DNA from: Chrysochromulina tobinii
Taxonomy: Eukaryota
NCBI GenBank assembly: GCA_001275005.1
Contig: JWZX01002339.1
Span: 1-33,278, forward strand
DNA length: 33,278 nucleotides
Direction of reading: 5' to 3'
Both the position numbers and the translations under genes were made by a program. Positions 1-10,578 of this stretch are shown one piece after another. Numbering within the stretch: position 1 is the first letter of the stretch; every line of letters begins with the position of its first letter. The notes beneath the pieces were generated by a model that saw only the letters and a program-made list of their open reading frames with translations, was not told the origin of the DNA and ran no database searches.

Positions 1-3000
1 TAGGCGGGCGCGCTTCAGGTGATGCGTGCTGCTGCATCGCCCGCCGTGTGAGCATCGGCGAGGGCGAGGCACTCGAGGCCTCCTCCTCCTCGCCCTCATC
101 CAGGTCCGCCGCCTCGTCCGCCTCGTCGTCCTCAAATACATAGGACACGCGCCACGGCACATTGTTGTTCGAGGCGCTCGCCGCCGGGGCCGCCGTGCTG
201 CCCGGCCTGGGCGCCGTCCTGGGCGCCGTCGCACCGGCACTAGGCTTCGCCGAGATGGTCGATCGTGCCGACAAGCGCGCGATCGGGTCCGCGCCGCACA
301 CGGACGGGTGCAGCTGCAGCACGCCGTCGGCATTTGCGCGGAGCAGCAGCTCGAGACACGTGGCAAGCCGCGGCGCACAGGCGGGCAGCTCAAGCGAGGC
401 TTCGATGGCGCTTCTCCATAGGTGGTGCGTCGGAGGGCAGGCGGTGCCCAGGACGGCGCCTCGATAGCCCTCGTCCCCGGCGGCGGCGGCGGTCGGTTGG
501 ACGGTAGGCGGCCTATGGAGCAGCTGCTCGAGGAGCGACTGTACGAGCTCGAGCAACTCTGACCAGCACGAGGGCACCGCGCCCACGCCGCACACGAGCG
601 TGCACACGAGCCGATGTGCCACCCAGGGCGGCTGCGGCGCGAGGGCCGTGCGCAGCGCTTCGCGCATCGAGCGCAGGAAGCCGCCAACGTCGTCGTACTG
701 CGAGGTGGCGTAATTGTTGAGGACGGTCGCGATGGGGATCAGCTCGCGCCGGCCCGTATGGCTCTGGCTGTCCTTGGCGGCCTCGACGCACGAATGCGCG
801 AGCTCGCGTGCCACGTCGACGCCGGCGCCGGCACCGCCACGGCGGGCCGCCAGAGCGAATGGGACCGTTGGCTCCCTCGCGTCCGCGTCGCGCGTGGCGG
901 CCTGCTCGCTGAGCCAGGGGAGCAGCGCGGCCGTGCACGTGAGCAAGCGCGTGGCGTCGGCTTCGAGCACGAGGTGCGTCGAGGGCCCACAGGTGGCTGC
1001 GTGACGCATCAGGCCCAGGCACGCCGCGCGCGTCTCCGAGCGCCCGAGCCCGCGTAGCAGCAGCGGCTGCAGCCCACCAAAGTCGAGCGGCCCTCGCCAA
1101 AAGGGCGGCGGCGACTCGAGCAGCGCCGCGCGCAGCGCCGCGTCTCGTAACGGTCGGCGCCCAACCGCCGCGCCGAGGAGCGTCGTGCCGAGCGCGTACA
1201 GCCGGACGACGTCGGAATTGAGAAGGAGGGCCGCGCGCCAGATCAAATCCGACAGCAGCCGCGGCTCGCTCGCGATGGGCCGCTCGAGCGTCAGCAGCCG
1301 GAGCACGGCGAGCACGGCCTGTGAGGCGAGCGCGACGCTCTGCCTGCTTGGCTGGAGAGCACAGGTGCACGCGGCGTCGAGAAGCACACGAGAATGCGGG
1401 CGAAGCGCCGTCGTGCCGAGGAGGGGCACCATGGCGGCGTACGCCACGAGCGAGCAGCGCTGCGCCGTCGCGCTCGCGCCCTCGCCCGCGCGACGCACAG
1501 CAGGCGGATGGCAGCCGTGGCGCAGGGCGTAGGTCGCCCACGCCTCCCCTAGGGCTGCACGATCGCCCACACAGAGGCTGTGGAAGAGCGCCGTGACGAG
1601 CTCGCCCAGCCGCTCGTGCGCAACCTCCTCCGCCGCGCCCCGCAAGCCCGAGACGGCCGAGTTGTTCACCCCCGCGAGCGCCGCGAGCGCCGCGAGCGCC
1701 GCGAGCGCCGCATCGGGCGTGGCGGGCGTGGCGGGCGCGGCGGCCACGCCGCGTTCGCGCCGTCCCGGGCTTGTTCCGATGCTCACGAGCCGAGCGAGCA
1801 GCCTCGCCGCATGGGATGGCAGCTCCGCGCGTCCCTGGAAGCACAAGAGCACCGCCGTGTGCAGCGCATACGCCATGCAGTCGCCGCGCCGCGCCGCGGG
1901 TGCGGGCGGCGGGTGCGAGGGCGGCGGCGGCGGCGAGAGGCCGAGCGAGGAGAAGCTGCCAGGCGGAGGTGGCGGCGGCGGCGGTGGCAGCGGCGGCGGC
2001 AGCGCGTTCGCATCATCCACCAGGGTCGAGAGCGCCTCGTCGACAGTCGCCGCGAGCAAGAGCAGCGCCGCCTCGGCCTGCGAGCACCCTCCGCCGTGTG
2101 AGCTGTCCAATTGGAAGGCGTCGTCCCGGGCGCCCCCCCCGGCCGCACCGGCGGGAAGGTACTCGCCCCCCCCCCTCGCGCCGCCGTCGAGGCTCGGTCC
2201 CCGGAAGGAGTCGGTGCGAAAGGAGAGGGCCGCATTGGGGGTGGGCGCCGAGAAGGTCACGAGCGACTCCATTTCGAGAGGGCGGGTTTCGGCCGCCTCG
2301 AGAGCGTCGGGTGCTAAGCTGGCCGACCAATCGCCGACCTCGCCCGGGAGGCGATCCGAGCACCCAGGCGGCGCGAGATGGCGCGCGAGCTGGCGCGCGC
2401 AGCTCGCCGGCTGAGCGCTCGAGAGGGCAAGCACCGCCGCCTGGCATGCGTGCAGCAAGCTCTGCGCGCCATCTCGAGCGCCCCGGCTCGGCACGGCGCT
2501 CGGCACGGCGCTCGGCACGGCGCTCGGCACGGCGCTCGGCACGGCGCTCGCAACGTCGGCGCCGGCGTTGGAGAGTAGGAGAGTGCTCTCGGGTCGGGTG
2601 GCGGGTGGCTGTGAACGTTCACGGAGGAGCGGCAGGTGCTCACGCAGCTGGCGCAAGAGGAAGTGGATGATGGGATGGACGCACCCCTCGCGAGCCGCCA
2701 GCGCACACCAGAGCGCGTGCAGCGGCGGCGCAAGCGATGCGTGGCCGGCTGCGCTGCTGTGGAACTCGAGCGCCGCGAGCGCCGCGCTCAGCAGCGACTC
2801 CGCCGCCGCGCTCGACGCGACGCTCGGCGTGCAGCTGGGTGCGTCCACGGCACGCGCACTGCGGCTCGCGTGCGGGGCACGCCGACCGTTCGCCTCGCCT
2901 TCGCCTTCGCCCTCGCTCTCGCTCTCGCCGTCTCCGTCTCCGTCGGCCTGAGCCCTGGCGGGGGAGAGCACGGTGAGGGCGGCTTGCTCGGCCCACGGTG

Positions 3001-6000
3001 GCAGCAGTGTGAGCATCGAGTGTGCCGTCGGTACGTCGGCGACGGCCGCACGCCGAAGGGCTTCGAAGACGACGGCGGTTGCGAGATCGGGTCTGGCGCG
3101 CGCGAGACGCTGCGAGATCAGATGGCGCGCGCAATCCGCACTCCATGGCAACCCTTGCGCCATGAGCGCGGGAGGCGCGACCGGGTCGGCGCACGCGCCG
3201 TAGGCGTGTAGCAGCCTCTCGGCCATCGCGCGCACCAGGCCGCACGGATCCCCCAGCTTGCACAAAGCGAGCACCACCAACGGCACACGGTGCGCATCTC
3301 CCGCGAGCGCACCCATCGCCGCGCTCGTCGCCGACGGCGGAGCGAGCGGGCGCTCGATACGGCGCGACTCGTCTCGCTCGGGAGACGTGTGAGCGGCGCG
3401 GGCCAGACTGTGAACGTTCACACCGGCCTCGTCCCACCCCCAGGGTTGCGCGGACGAGGTGGCGGCGGAGGGGGCGGAGGGGGCGGAGGGGGCGGAGGCG
3501 CGGCCGGGCGTCGGGCGGAGGGACACGAGCACAAGGGCGATGAAGTGGGCATTCGAGGTGGCGGCCGCGCTGGACGCATCGGAGGACTCTTTGGCTTCGT
3601 TGGCGGCACGGTAGCAGGTCTCGAGGCATCGTGGGATAGGGTCGTGGCACGCTGCCCAGAGCGCGCACAGCGCGTCGCGCGCGGCGGAGCTTACGGCCGC
3701 ACAAGGCGAGTGCAGGAGCACCTCAGCACAGCGCAGAGGCAGCCGAGCCTCGAGAGGCCTCCCCTCATCCGCAGGCAGCCCCGAGACGGCCTCGGGCGTG
3801 GCCAGGGCTGCGAGGGCGCGCAGCGCAGCGAGCTGCACCGCCTCGGACTGTGCTCGACACGACGCGCCGAGCTCGTCGGCGAGGGCGCGCTCGACACGGC
3901 GCTCGACACGGGCGGCCCCAGCCGGTGGGAGCCGTTGGGCACTCATCAGCCGTGCGCGTTCGGCCTCGAGTGCGTCGGCCGCTCCGTCGGACGAGAGCGA
4001 GGAGACTAGCTCGGCGACCCGAAGTAGGAGAGCACCTGGGAGCAGCGCCTTTCGCTGTGTGCGGTGCTGCGCGTCGGCGGCGGCGAGGGTGGTGAGCAGA
4101 TGCGGCGTGGTGCGGCTGAGAAGGTCGAAGAAGTGCTTGCGGGCGCGCTGGAGCAGCCAAGCGTGCTGGTTGCCCATCGAGCCATCTGGCCCTTTGAGGG
4201 CCAGGTACTCGAGGGCGCCATGCATCCAGCGCGCGAGTGCGGCGAGCGGTGCGCCCACTTGCGTCGTGAGCAGCGTGCACCATCCGCGCTGGTCTGAGAG
4301 CAGCGCGAGAACGTGCCCGAGCTGTCGCATCTTCATGTGGATGGGCGAGGCGACGTTCTTAGCGTCCCGCCGCCAGTCGGACCAGATGGACGCGTCATTG
4401 AGTTCGGGAGCGAGCACAGAGAGCACGAGCTGCACCGCCGCGCCGCCGCGCAGCTGCCCGAGGACCGCCGAGGCCGCCACGCGGTGTGCCTCGGTGTCAC
4501 ACACGAGCAGGCTCACTCCGTCGCGCAGAAGGCGCTCGACGTCGGAGCGGCACGCGTCGCCCGCGTCATCGTGGCCGAGCACGGCGAGGGCGCACCCGCT
4601 CGCGAGCGAGGCGTACGGCGCCCACGACGACGGCAGTTGCGTGCCCGAGGCCAAGGCCGCCCTCACCCCCCCCACCATGCTCTGCATGCGCTGCATGATC
4701 ATGGGCCACGCCGCACGGAGCGCAAGTGCGCATCCCTCCCCTTCATGCTGGCCGCCCGCCGCAAGGGCGTGCACGATGCCATGCAAGCAGCACAGCCAGA
4801 GCTCCTGATCTCCCTCGGAGCTCCCGCACGCCTCGACGAATGCGCGAAGGTCGGCGCGCGCCGCGGCGTCGCGTAGCTGCGCGGCGGCGGCCGAGCTTGG
4901 GCGAGCCATGGGGGGCGAGCTCGCGCCAAAGCCGCTCCATAGGTGGAGCTGCAGAGGGTCGGAGAGCGCGCGTTCGGCGATGGCGGGCAGCTTCTGGATG
5001 AGCAAGTCGATGAGGCACGCGCTCGTGACGGCGCGAAAGGCGGCGCTCGCGGTGGGCGCGCCAGCGGGCGCGGGCGCGGCGCTGTCGGCGACGGGGGCCG
5101 AGGCCCTGGCGACGGGTGCGACGAGGGCCAAGAGCTGCGCCGCTTCGCCGCGTAACTTGGGGCACTGCTCGGCGAACAAGATGAGGGCGAGAGCTTGCAT
5201 GTCGTCGATGCAGCGGTGGCGCGCGAGGTGACGAAACATGCGTGGGACAGAGAGCCACTCACGCAGCAACGGCGCCACCTGCTGCAGCGCCTCTTGGCGG
5301 CGGGCGAGCGCGGCCGGGTGCAGATCCCTGAGAGTCTTGGTAAGGGCTGCGAGGGCGGCAGGCAGCGTGTCCAGAGTGCCGTTGGCCACGATGTGCGCGA
5401 GCAGCGAGGACGCGGCGGACTGCAGCAGCCGCTCCGTACCGCACAGCTGTGCAGCGAGCAGCGGCAGCAGTGCAGCGGAGATGCCGAGGGCGCGCAGGCA
5501 AGCATCGGTCTTTGCGCCGAGGAGCGCGATCTTGTCGCCCTTGGACTTGCTCTCAAACCCCAGCTGCTGCACTAAGCTCTCCAGGCCCAGCTCCTGCACC
5601 GAGCGCTCGACGACCTCAACGGCTTTGACGTCCGCCTTGAGGCCGAGCTGCTGCCGAAGCAGCTCGACCTTGGTGTAGTCGTCGCCGGGCAGCAGCTGCT
5701 CAAGCGTGATCGGTGCTTCGTCAGGGTGAGGCGGCGGCCGGAGCGCGCCCGCCACGGCGCCCGACGAGCTGGCAGCTGGGTGCGGCCAGAGCAGGCGCAG
5801 GCAGCGCAGGGCACCGTGCATGAGCTGCACAGAGAGCAGCCAAAGCAGTGGCTCGCGAGCGGAGGCTCCCTCTTGGAGGTGCGCGCTGGCGGCACTCCGG
5901 ACGACCATGTGCACGACGCGCTCGGTCACCTGATCAGGGAGGCCATCAGAGACCATCAGAGACCATCAGAGACCATCACAGGCAATCAGTGGCAATCAGT

Positions 6001-7927
6001 GGCAGTCGAAGCTCATCAGTGGCAATCAGTGGCAATAATTTGGCAATCAGTGGCAATCATTTGGCAATCAGTGGTCATCGGAGCACATGAGTGGCAGTCG
6101 GAGCGCATCAGTGCCCAGCTGATGCACAGCAGCGATCGGTCACCTCTGCAGCGTGCGCGCCGAGCGCATCCGGCTGCCTGTGGAGGAGACGGCGCAGTGT
6201 GCCGAGCGCGAGCACTGTGTGCTGACCCCAGCGTTTGGATCCAGCGGATCCCTCCCCCCGCAGCCCTGGCAGCACGATGCGCTCGAGGAGTAGCTTCGGC
6301 TCCACAGAGCCCACGGCGAGCGCAAGGGCGGCATGCCCTTCGAGCAGCTCAGCGTACCTGATGAGGGATGCCATCAGAGGCCATTAGAAACGAGTGGAGA
6401 CCGACCCTCAGTGGTCATCAGAGGGCAATCAGCGTACCGGCGGAGCACGAGCGTGAAGTCCTTGCGATCTCGAGGCATCTCGAGCTGCATCGCGACGGCG
6501 TCCTTGGTGGCGAAGAGGCGATCGAGCAGATCCTTCACTTCTTTCGTCGCGGCGCGGCACGAGAGCAGCAGCGGCAGTTGCAGCCGCATGCAGCGCAGCG
6601 CAATCACCCGGTGCTCACTATGCTTCAGGCACTCCTTGATCTTGCCCAAAAGCTGGACGTGCAGCTCCACTGCCTTCTCACTCAGCCCCTCGCTGAGGCC
6701 GCCGCCGCCGCCGCCGCCGCCGCCGCTGGTGTCGGGGCCGAGGAACCCCACGCCACCCTCGGCACCCCAAGCGGGCACAACAGCGCTGCCCGCGCTGCGC
6801 ACGGCACAGAGCAGCGCGGTGGCAAGCGGCGCGCTCCAACTCTCGAACTTCGCGTTGCGCTTGATCGGCTTCTTGATCTTCTTGATCAGCCACTGCGCAA
6901 GCTGCAGCTCGAGTGCGTGGAGCTGCGCGAGGGCACGCGCGTCGCGCTCCGAGGGCGGCGGCGCCACGCCACCTGAGCGCGCCGCCTCATCCAGCGCCTG
7001 GTCGAGCAGCGCCATCCCGAGCGCCTCGGCCACCGGCCGGCGCAGCGGCTTGATCGCCTGGTTAAAGAGGACGCGAGAGGCGATGCGCTCGAGGAAGACA
7101 CGAGTCGGCTCGGCCGCGCCGCTGCCGCTCGCACCGCCGACAGCGCCGCCGATGGCCGGCAGCCCGCTCCCGCGCGGCAGCTGCACCCCCTGCAGCGACG
7201 AGCACATGGCAAGTGTGCCGAAGTCGGGCGACCAGTCGCTTCGGCCCAGCCAATCGCTGCGGCCGCTCCGGTCGCTGCCCGTATTCTCGAGGTGGAGCAG
7301 CACCTTGTGGGTGAAGGATTCGAAGGAGCGAAAACGCGCGGAGGAACTCTCGCCCAGGTTGCGGCACAGCGCGCGCACGAGCTCCGTCCACAGTGCCTCC
7401 TCGGTGCGGCCACCCAGCGCGAGCAGCCGCCGGCGCGCGGCCTGCTGCCGCGTAGCCGACGACGCTGCGCCGCCAAAGGTGCGGAAGAAATCGAGCGCGC
7501 ACTCTTGGAGGGAGTCCAGCATGATGCTGTCGCGGCAGCACGCCGCTCCCAGCGTCGCGAGCATCGCCTCGCAGAAGACAGTGTTGACAGCGCTCTCGCG
7601 GCTCTCACGGTCCTCTTCGGACGGCGTGGCTGCCCCGGGCCACTCGCGGGCGCGGCGCATCCAGTGCATGAGCTCGGCCGCGACGCCATCACTCGCGTAG
7701 CGGGCGGCCGCGGCCAGCGATCGCAGCGCGAACGCAAAGCCTGAGTGCTGCGACGCCGTGTTGCAGCTTTGGAGTCGCTGGTCCTCCTCAAATGGGTCAT
7801 CATCGAGAGGCGAGCACAGTACCTCGCCGATCCGTGCGTACGCGGTAGCTTCGAAGGCACTCATCGCGTCATTGAGAAGCGAGTGCGAGCTCTCGGCACA
7901 GCTCCATTGGATCTTGCGCTGGGCCAT
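1..7927 (-). CDS. Furry/Tao3/Mor2 (MOR2-PAG1)-like cell morphogenesis scaffold; exons 7927-6438, 6357-6144, 5929-<1; 3' end outside window
   Basis: N-terminal LRSLAAAARY..AELMHW..RESAVNTVFCEA..LVRALCRNLG..ARF and distal RLLTCTAALLPWL..IATVLNNYATSQY..FL resemble Furry N- and C-terminal blocks. Removing two GT-AG introns joins ORF 6374-7945, ORF 6108-6374 and a frame that appears open from 5929 to the window edge. First ATG at 7927. Confidence 0.8.
2486..2550 (-). repeat. 12-nt coding tandem repeat (GCTCGGCACGGC x5.4) encoding (SAVP)n in the Furry-like protein
   Basis: Perfect tandem copies visible in sequence. Confidence 0.9.
5930..6143 (-). other. Spliceosomal intron 2 of Furry-like gene (214 nt)
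   Basis: Minus strand GAG|GTGACCGATCGC...CCCTGATCAG|GTGACCGAGCGC; in-frame stop inside; (ACTGATTGCC)n and (TCTCTGATGG)n 10-mers; removal restores frame. Confidence 0.85.
6358..6437 (-). other. Spliceosomal intron 1 of Furry-like gene (80 nt)
   Basis: Minus strand CCG|GTACGCTGAT...CCCTCATCAG|GTACGCTGAG; removal joins LVLR to RYAELLEGH in frame. Confidence 0.85.
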
Positions 7928-8040
7928 TGGGCGCCTGCTGCACACTTCAGAGAGGAGGGAGGAGCCGGTAGCACGCCGAGGAACTCAAACTCGAAAGTGT
8001 GTGTGAAGACGAGTGTGAAAACATGTGAACAACGACATAA

Positions 8041-8072
8041 CACTCACTCACTCACTCACTCACTCACTCACT
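8041..8072. repeat. (CACT)8 microsatellite upstream of the Furry-like gene
   Basis: Directly visible. Confidence 0.95.
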
Positions 8073-8101
8073 GGCGACTCAGGACACATGTTCACCCTAG
8101 T

Positions 8102-8983
8102 TCAAGCTTCGAACTCGTCTTCTTTGCCGAGCTCCGCGCCCGGCACCTGACCATGGACGAGCTCCATTACTGTGCGCAGGGCTGAGCGCTGCCTACTGAG
8201 CCTGTGGTTGGCTTCGAGATACTCGCCCACCTGCGCTTCGAGGTACTCGAGATTGCGAAGCAGCTGGCGGTGGCTCTCACGCTGCTCTCTCGCGTAGCCT
8301 GCCATAATCAGGGAATGCGCCTGGATCACGGCTAGTGCGGGGCGCGCCTGCTTCCTGAGTATGCACACGTCGAAGGCGTCCGGTGGCCGCAGGATACACC
8401 AGTCTGCGCGCACCCGTTTCTTGGAAGCAACCCGCTGGCGCGCCACGATGCCGCGCTGGCGCCGTTGGATCGCCGTTGCAGCCCCCGCCTCCCACCTCGC
8501 GATTTCCTTCTTGGCCGCGAGCCGCCGCAACTCCTCCTTCTTGCGCCGCTGCGCCTCGTGATCCTCCTCAGCCACGCGCGTTGCCTGCGCGATCGCCTTC
8601 AGGCGCTCCTCCTCCGCGTGTCTGCTGGTGTTGACCTTCTCCATGGCCGCAAGCTGCATGAGCCTTGAGAGGCGCCTTGTTTGCAATGTGAGCGCCGCCT
8701 TGGTAGTCTTGGCAATCAAGAACTCCGCTTCCAGCTGCTCCACGTCCGCTTCAAGCTGCTCTACCTCCAGTCGCATCGCAATTTCCTCCTCCGTCTCGTG
8801 CGTGTCCCCCACCCCTGGAGCAGCCTGCACTGGATGCGTTACTGGATACGCCAGCACGCCCTGCTCATCGGTGTGTAGATCTGCGCTCGGCACGACAGCA
8901 CCTTCATGTCTCCCTGGTGAAATCACCATGCCAACCAGCCTGATGATCAAGCCCACGCTCTCGCCAATCATAGCTGCCTGCAT
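8102..8983 (-). CDS. Hypothetical coiled-coil protein with an IQ calmodulin-binding motif
   Basis: 293-aa ORF; AATAIQRRQRGIVARQRV fits IQxxxRGxxxR; E/K/R/A-rich heptad stretches; start codon uncertain. Confidence 0.7.
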   Translation of the reverse strand: MQAAMIGESVGLIIRLVGMVISPGRHEGAVVPSADLHTDEQGVLAYPVTHPVQAAPGVGDTHETEEEIAMRLEVEQLEADVEQLEAEFLIAKTTKAALTLQTRRLSRLMQLAAMEKVNTSRHAEEERLKAIAQATRVAEEDHEAQRRKKEELRRLAAKKEIARWEAGAATAIQRRQRGIVARQRVASKKRVRADWCILRPPDAFDVCILRKQARPALAVIQAHSLIMAGYAREQRESHRQLLRNLEYLEAQVGEYLEANHRLSRQRSALRTVMELVHGQVPGAELGKEDEFEA

Positions 8984-9462
8984 GCCTATACCTTCGCTTC
9001 GGAAGGATCCGATCCGCGCGGCTTGTAGAACCGTCTCCGCACCAACTCAGCTGTGAGGCGTCCTCGCGGTCTCGGCGATCCTTCTCCCGTCACCCGCGCG
9101 CTCCTGCCGCTTCACGCGTCGGGCCCTAGCTTTATAGGCGTCCGTCGTGCGAGTAGACGAGAAACGAGGTCGGATGGACGGACACGCGCCATACCGACGG
9201 AAACGTGCCAAGTTTGATTTACCTTGGAGTGCACCAAGTTTGATTTTGCGCAAAGCATGATATGCATGCCGACCCGCTCAAACGCGTCCCCCTATGGATC
9301 CTTCAAAGCTTCAAAGCCGCACTGTCGATTCTAATCGACAGTCACCATAGCACAGAGTGTGGCAACCAATTTGGGGTCTGGGGGCATGCAGTACGAACTC
9401 ATCAATGCCGATCATCCTCGTCGCTCATCGCCGCCCATGGCTCGCCCAAGTTCCTCGCTCAC

Positions 9463-10362
9463 TTACAGTTGGCGCAGCTTGTAGCCAGTCACCAGCTGCC
9501 ACACGAGCAACTCCCTGAGCTTCAGCCCGCTCGTCTCCATGAACGACTCCCCCCCCACTCCCGATTCGGAGAGAATCTTCTCGATGAGCGTGCGCATCGC
9601 TCCGAGCACGTCCTCCGAGATGGACGCAGTGAGACTCGCCACATCCTCCCGGCCAAGGCCCTGCAAGTACGTCAGCAAGTCGCCGCCGCCGCCGCCCTGC
9701 GCCGCCTCCGCCTTTTTGCTCTTGGCGAGCTCTCTGCGAAGTTCCATGGTTTCCCTGCGCAGCTCTGCCATGTACGCGCTCGCCTCCACTTCCGTCTCCA
9801 CCGTGTCCGACAGCCGCAACTTAATCTTGCCCGCCACAGGTGGCAGCGGCCTCGCCTCCTCGACGCTATCCACCTCGGGTGGGCTCAACGACGCGCTACC
9901 CAAGTTCTCGCTTCCGGCAAGCGACTCGAGCAGACTGCGCCGGTACTCGGCATTACGAAACATGTAGCCGGTCATCTGCATGGAGAACATAAGCGAGGCC
10001 AGGTTCTGGCCGGTCGACATGACGTTGACGTCATACAGATGCGGTGGCAGCTTGCCGAGGAGTGAGACAATAGTAGCCCGCACGGCCTGCTGCACGGCCG
10101 ATGGCGCCGAGCTCGCAAATCCATCGATGAGCTCCGGTGGGGGGATTTTCTGGATGGCATCGACGTACCGATTGATTGGCAGTGCGAGTGGGCCGCTCTC
10201 GGCGTCATCCACGTCGTCCGCGTGGAGCCGCACCTGAGTGAGCCTTGGCAATGCCCTGATGTGGCTGAGCCTTCTTGGCACAACAAGACCGAGGCGTTGC
10301 GAAGACGGGAAGGTGATTGATGTGCCGCTGAGTAGCGACGCCATGGCCATAAAGACGCGCAT
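9463..10362 (-). CDS. DUF760 family protein, probably plastid-targeted
   Basis: Two DUF760-like halves: TIVSLLGKLP..YDVNV..TGQNLASLMFSMQMTGYMFRNAEYR and DLLTYLQGL..LRELLVWQLVTGYKLRQL. Likely ATG at 10362 gives a hydrophobic leader followed by an S/R-rich transit-like peptide. Confidence 0.88.
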   Translation of the reverse strand: MRVFMAMASLLSGTSITFPSSQRLGLVVPRRLSHIRALPRLTQVRLHADDVDDAESGPLALPINRYVDAIQKIPPPELIDGFASSAPSAVQQAVRATIVSLLGKLPPHLYDVNVMSTGQNLASLMFSMQMTGYMFRNAEYRRSLLESLAGSENLGSASLSPPEVDSVEEARPLPPVAGKIKLRLSDTVETEVEASAYMAELRRETMELRRELAKSKKAEAAQGGGGGDLLTYLQGLGREDVASLTASISEDVLGAMRTLIEKILSESGVGGESFMETSGLKLRELLVWQLVTGYKLRQL

Positions 10363-10578
10363 CACCACAGGGGCGACCCGGCGTGTGACCGCGGACACAC
10401 GCCACCGCGAGGGGCCACGCACCACGCAGGCTCCCACTGAAGACCCCGACACAGATACTGTGAATTCACAGGCCTTCGTTGTCACTTCGGGCCTTCGTTC
10501 AACTGACCTGCTTAAATGGCTGATAGGCGCCGAGTTGAATCTCGGGGCCGGTCACTTAAAAATTCCACAGTGGCCAGG

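Noticed and set aside
5940..6075. Regularly spaced repeats resembling a CRISPR array or telomeric tract
   Set aside because: Tandem 10-mers with no unique spacers, inside a spliceosomal intron, and no cas genes
5930..6357. Intron 2 and exon 2 are both exactly 214 nt
   Set aside because: No sequence similarity between them; treated as coincidence
26..7860. Many overlapping ORFs (e.g. 513-1844, 3798-4808, 6333-7700)
   Set aside because: R/A/S/G-rich antisense or off-frame shadows of the Furry-like gene, as expected in high-GC DNA
9047..9253. 68-aa minus ORF in frame with the IQ gene, separated from it by a single TGA
   Set aside because: TTG start, no recognisable motifs and promoter-like composition; read-through or an upstream exon cannot be supported
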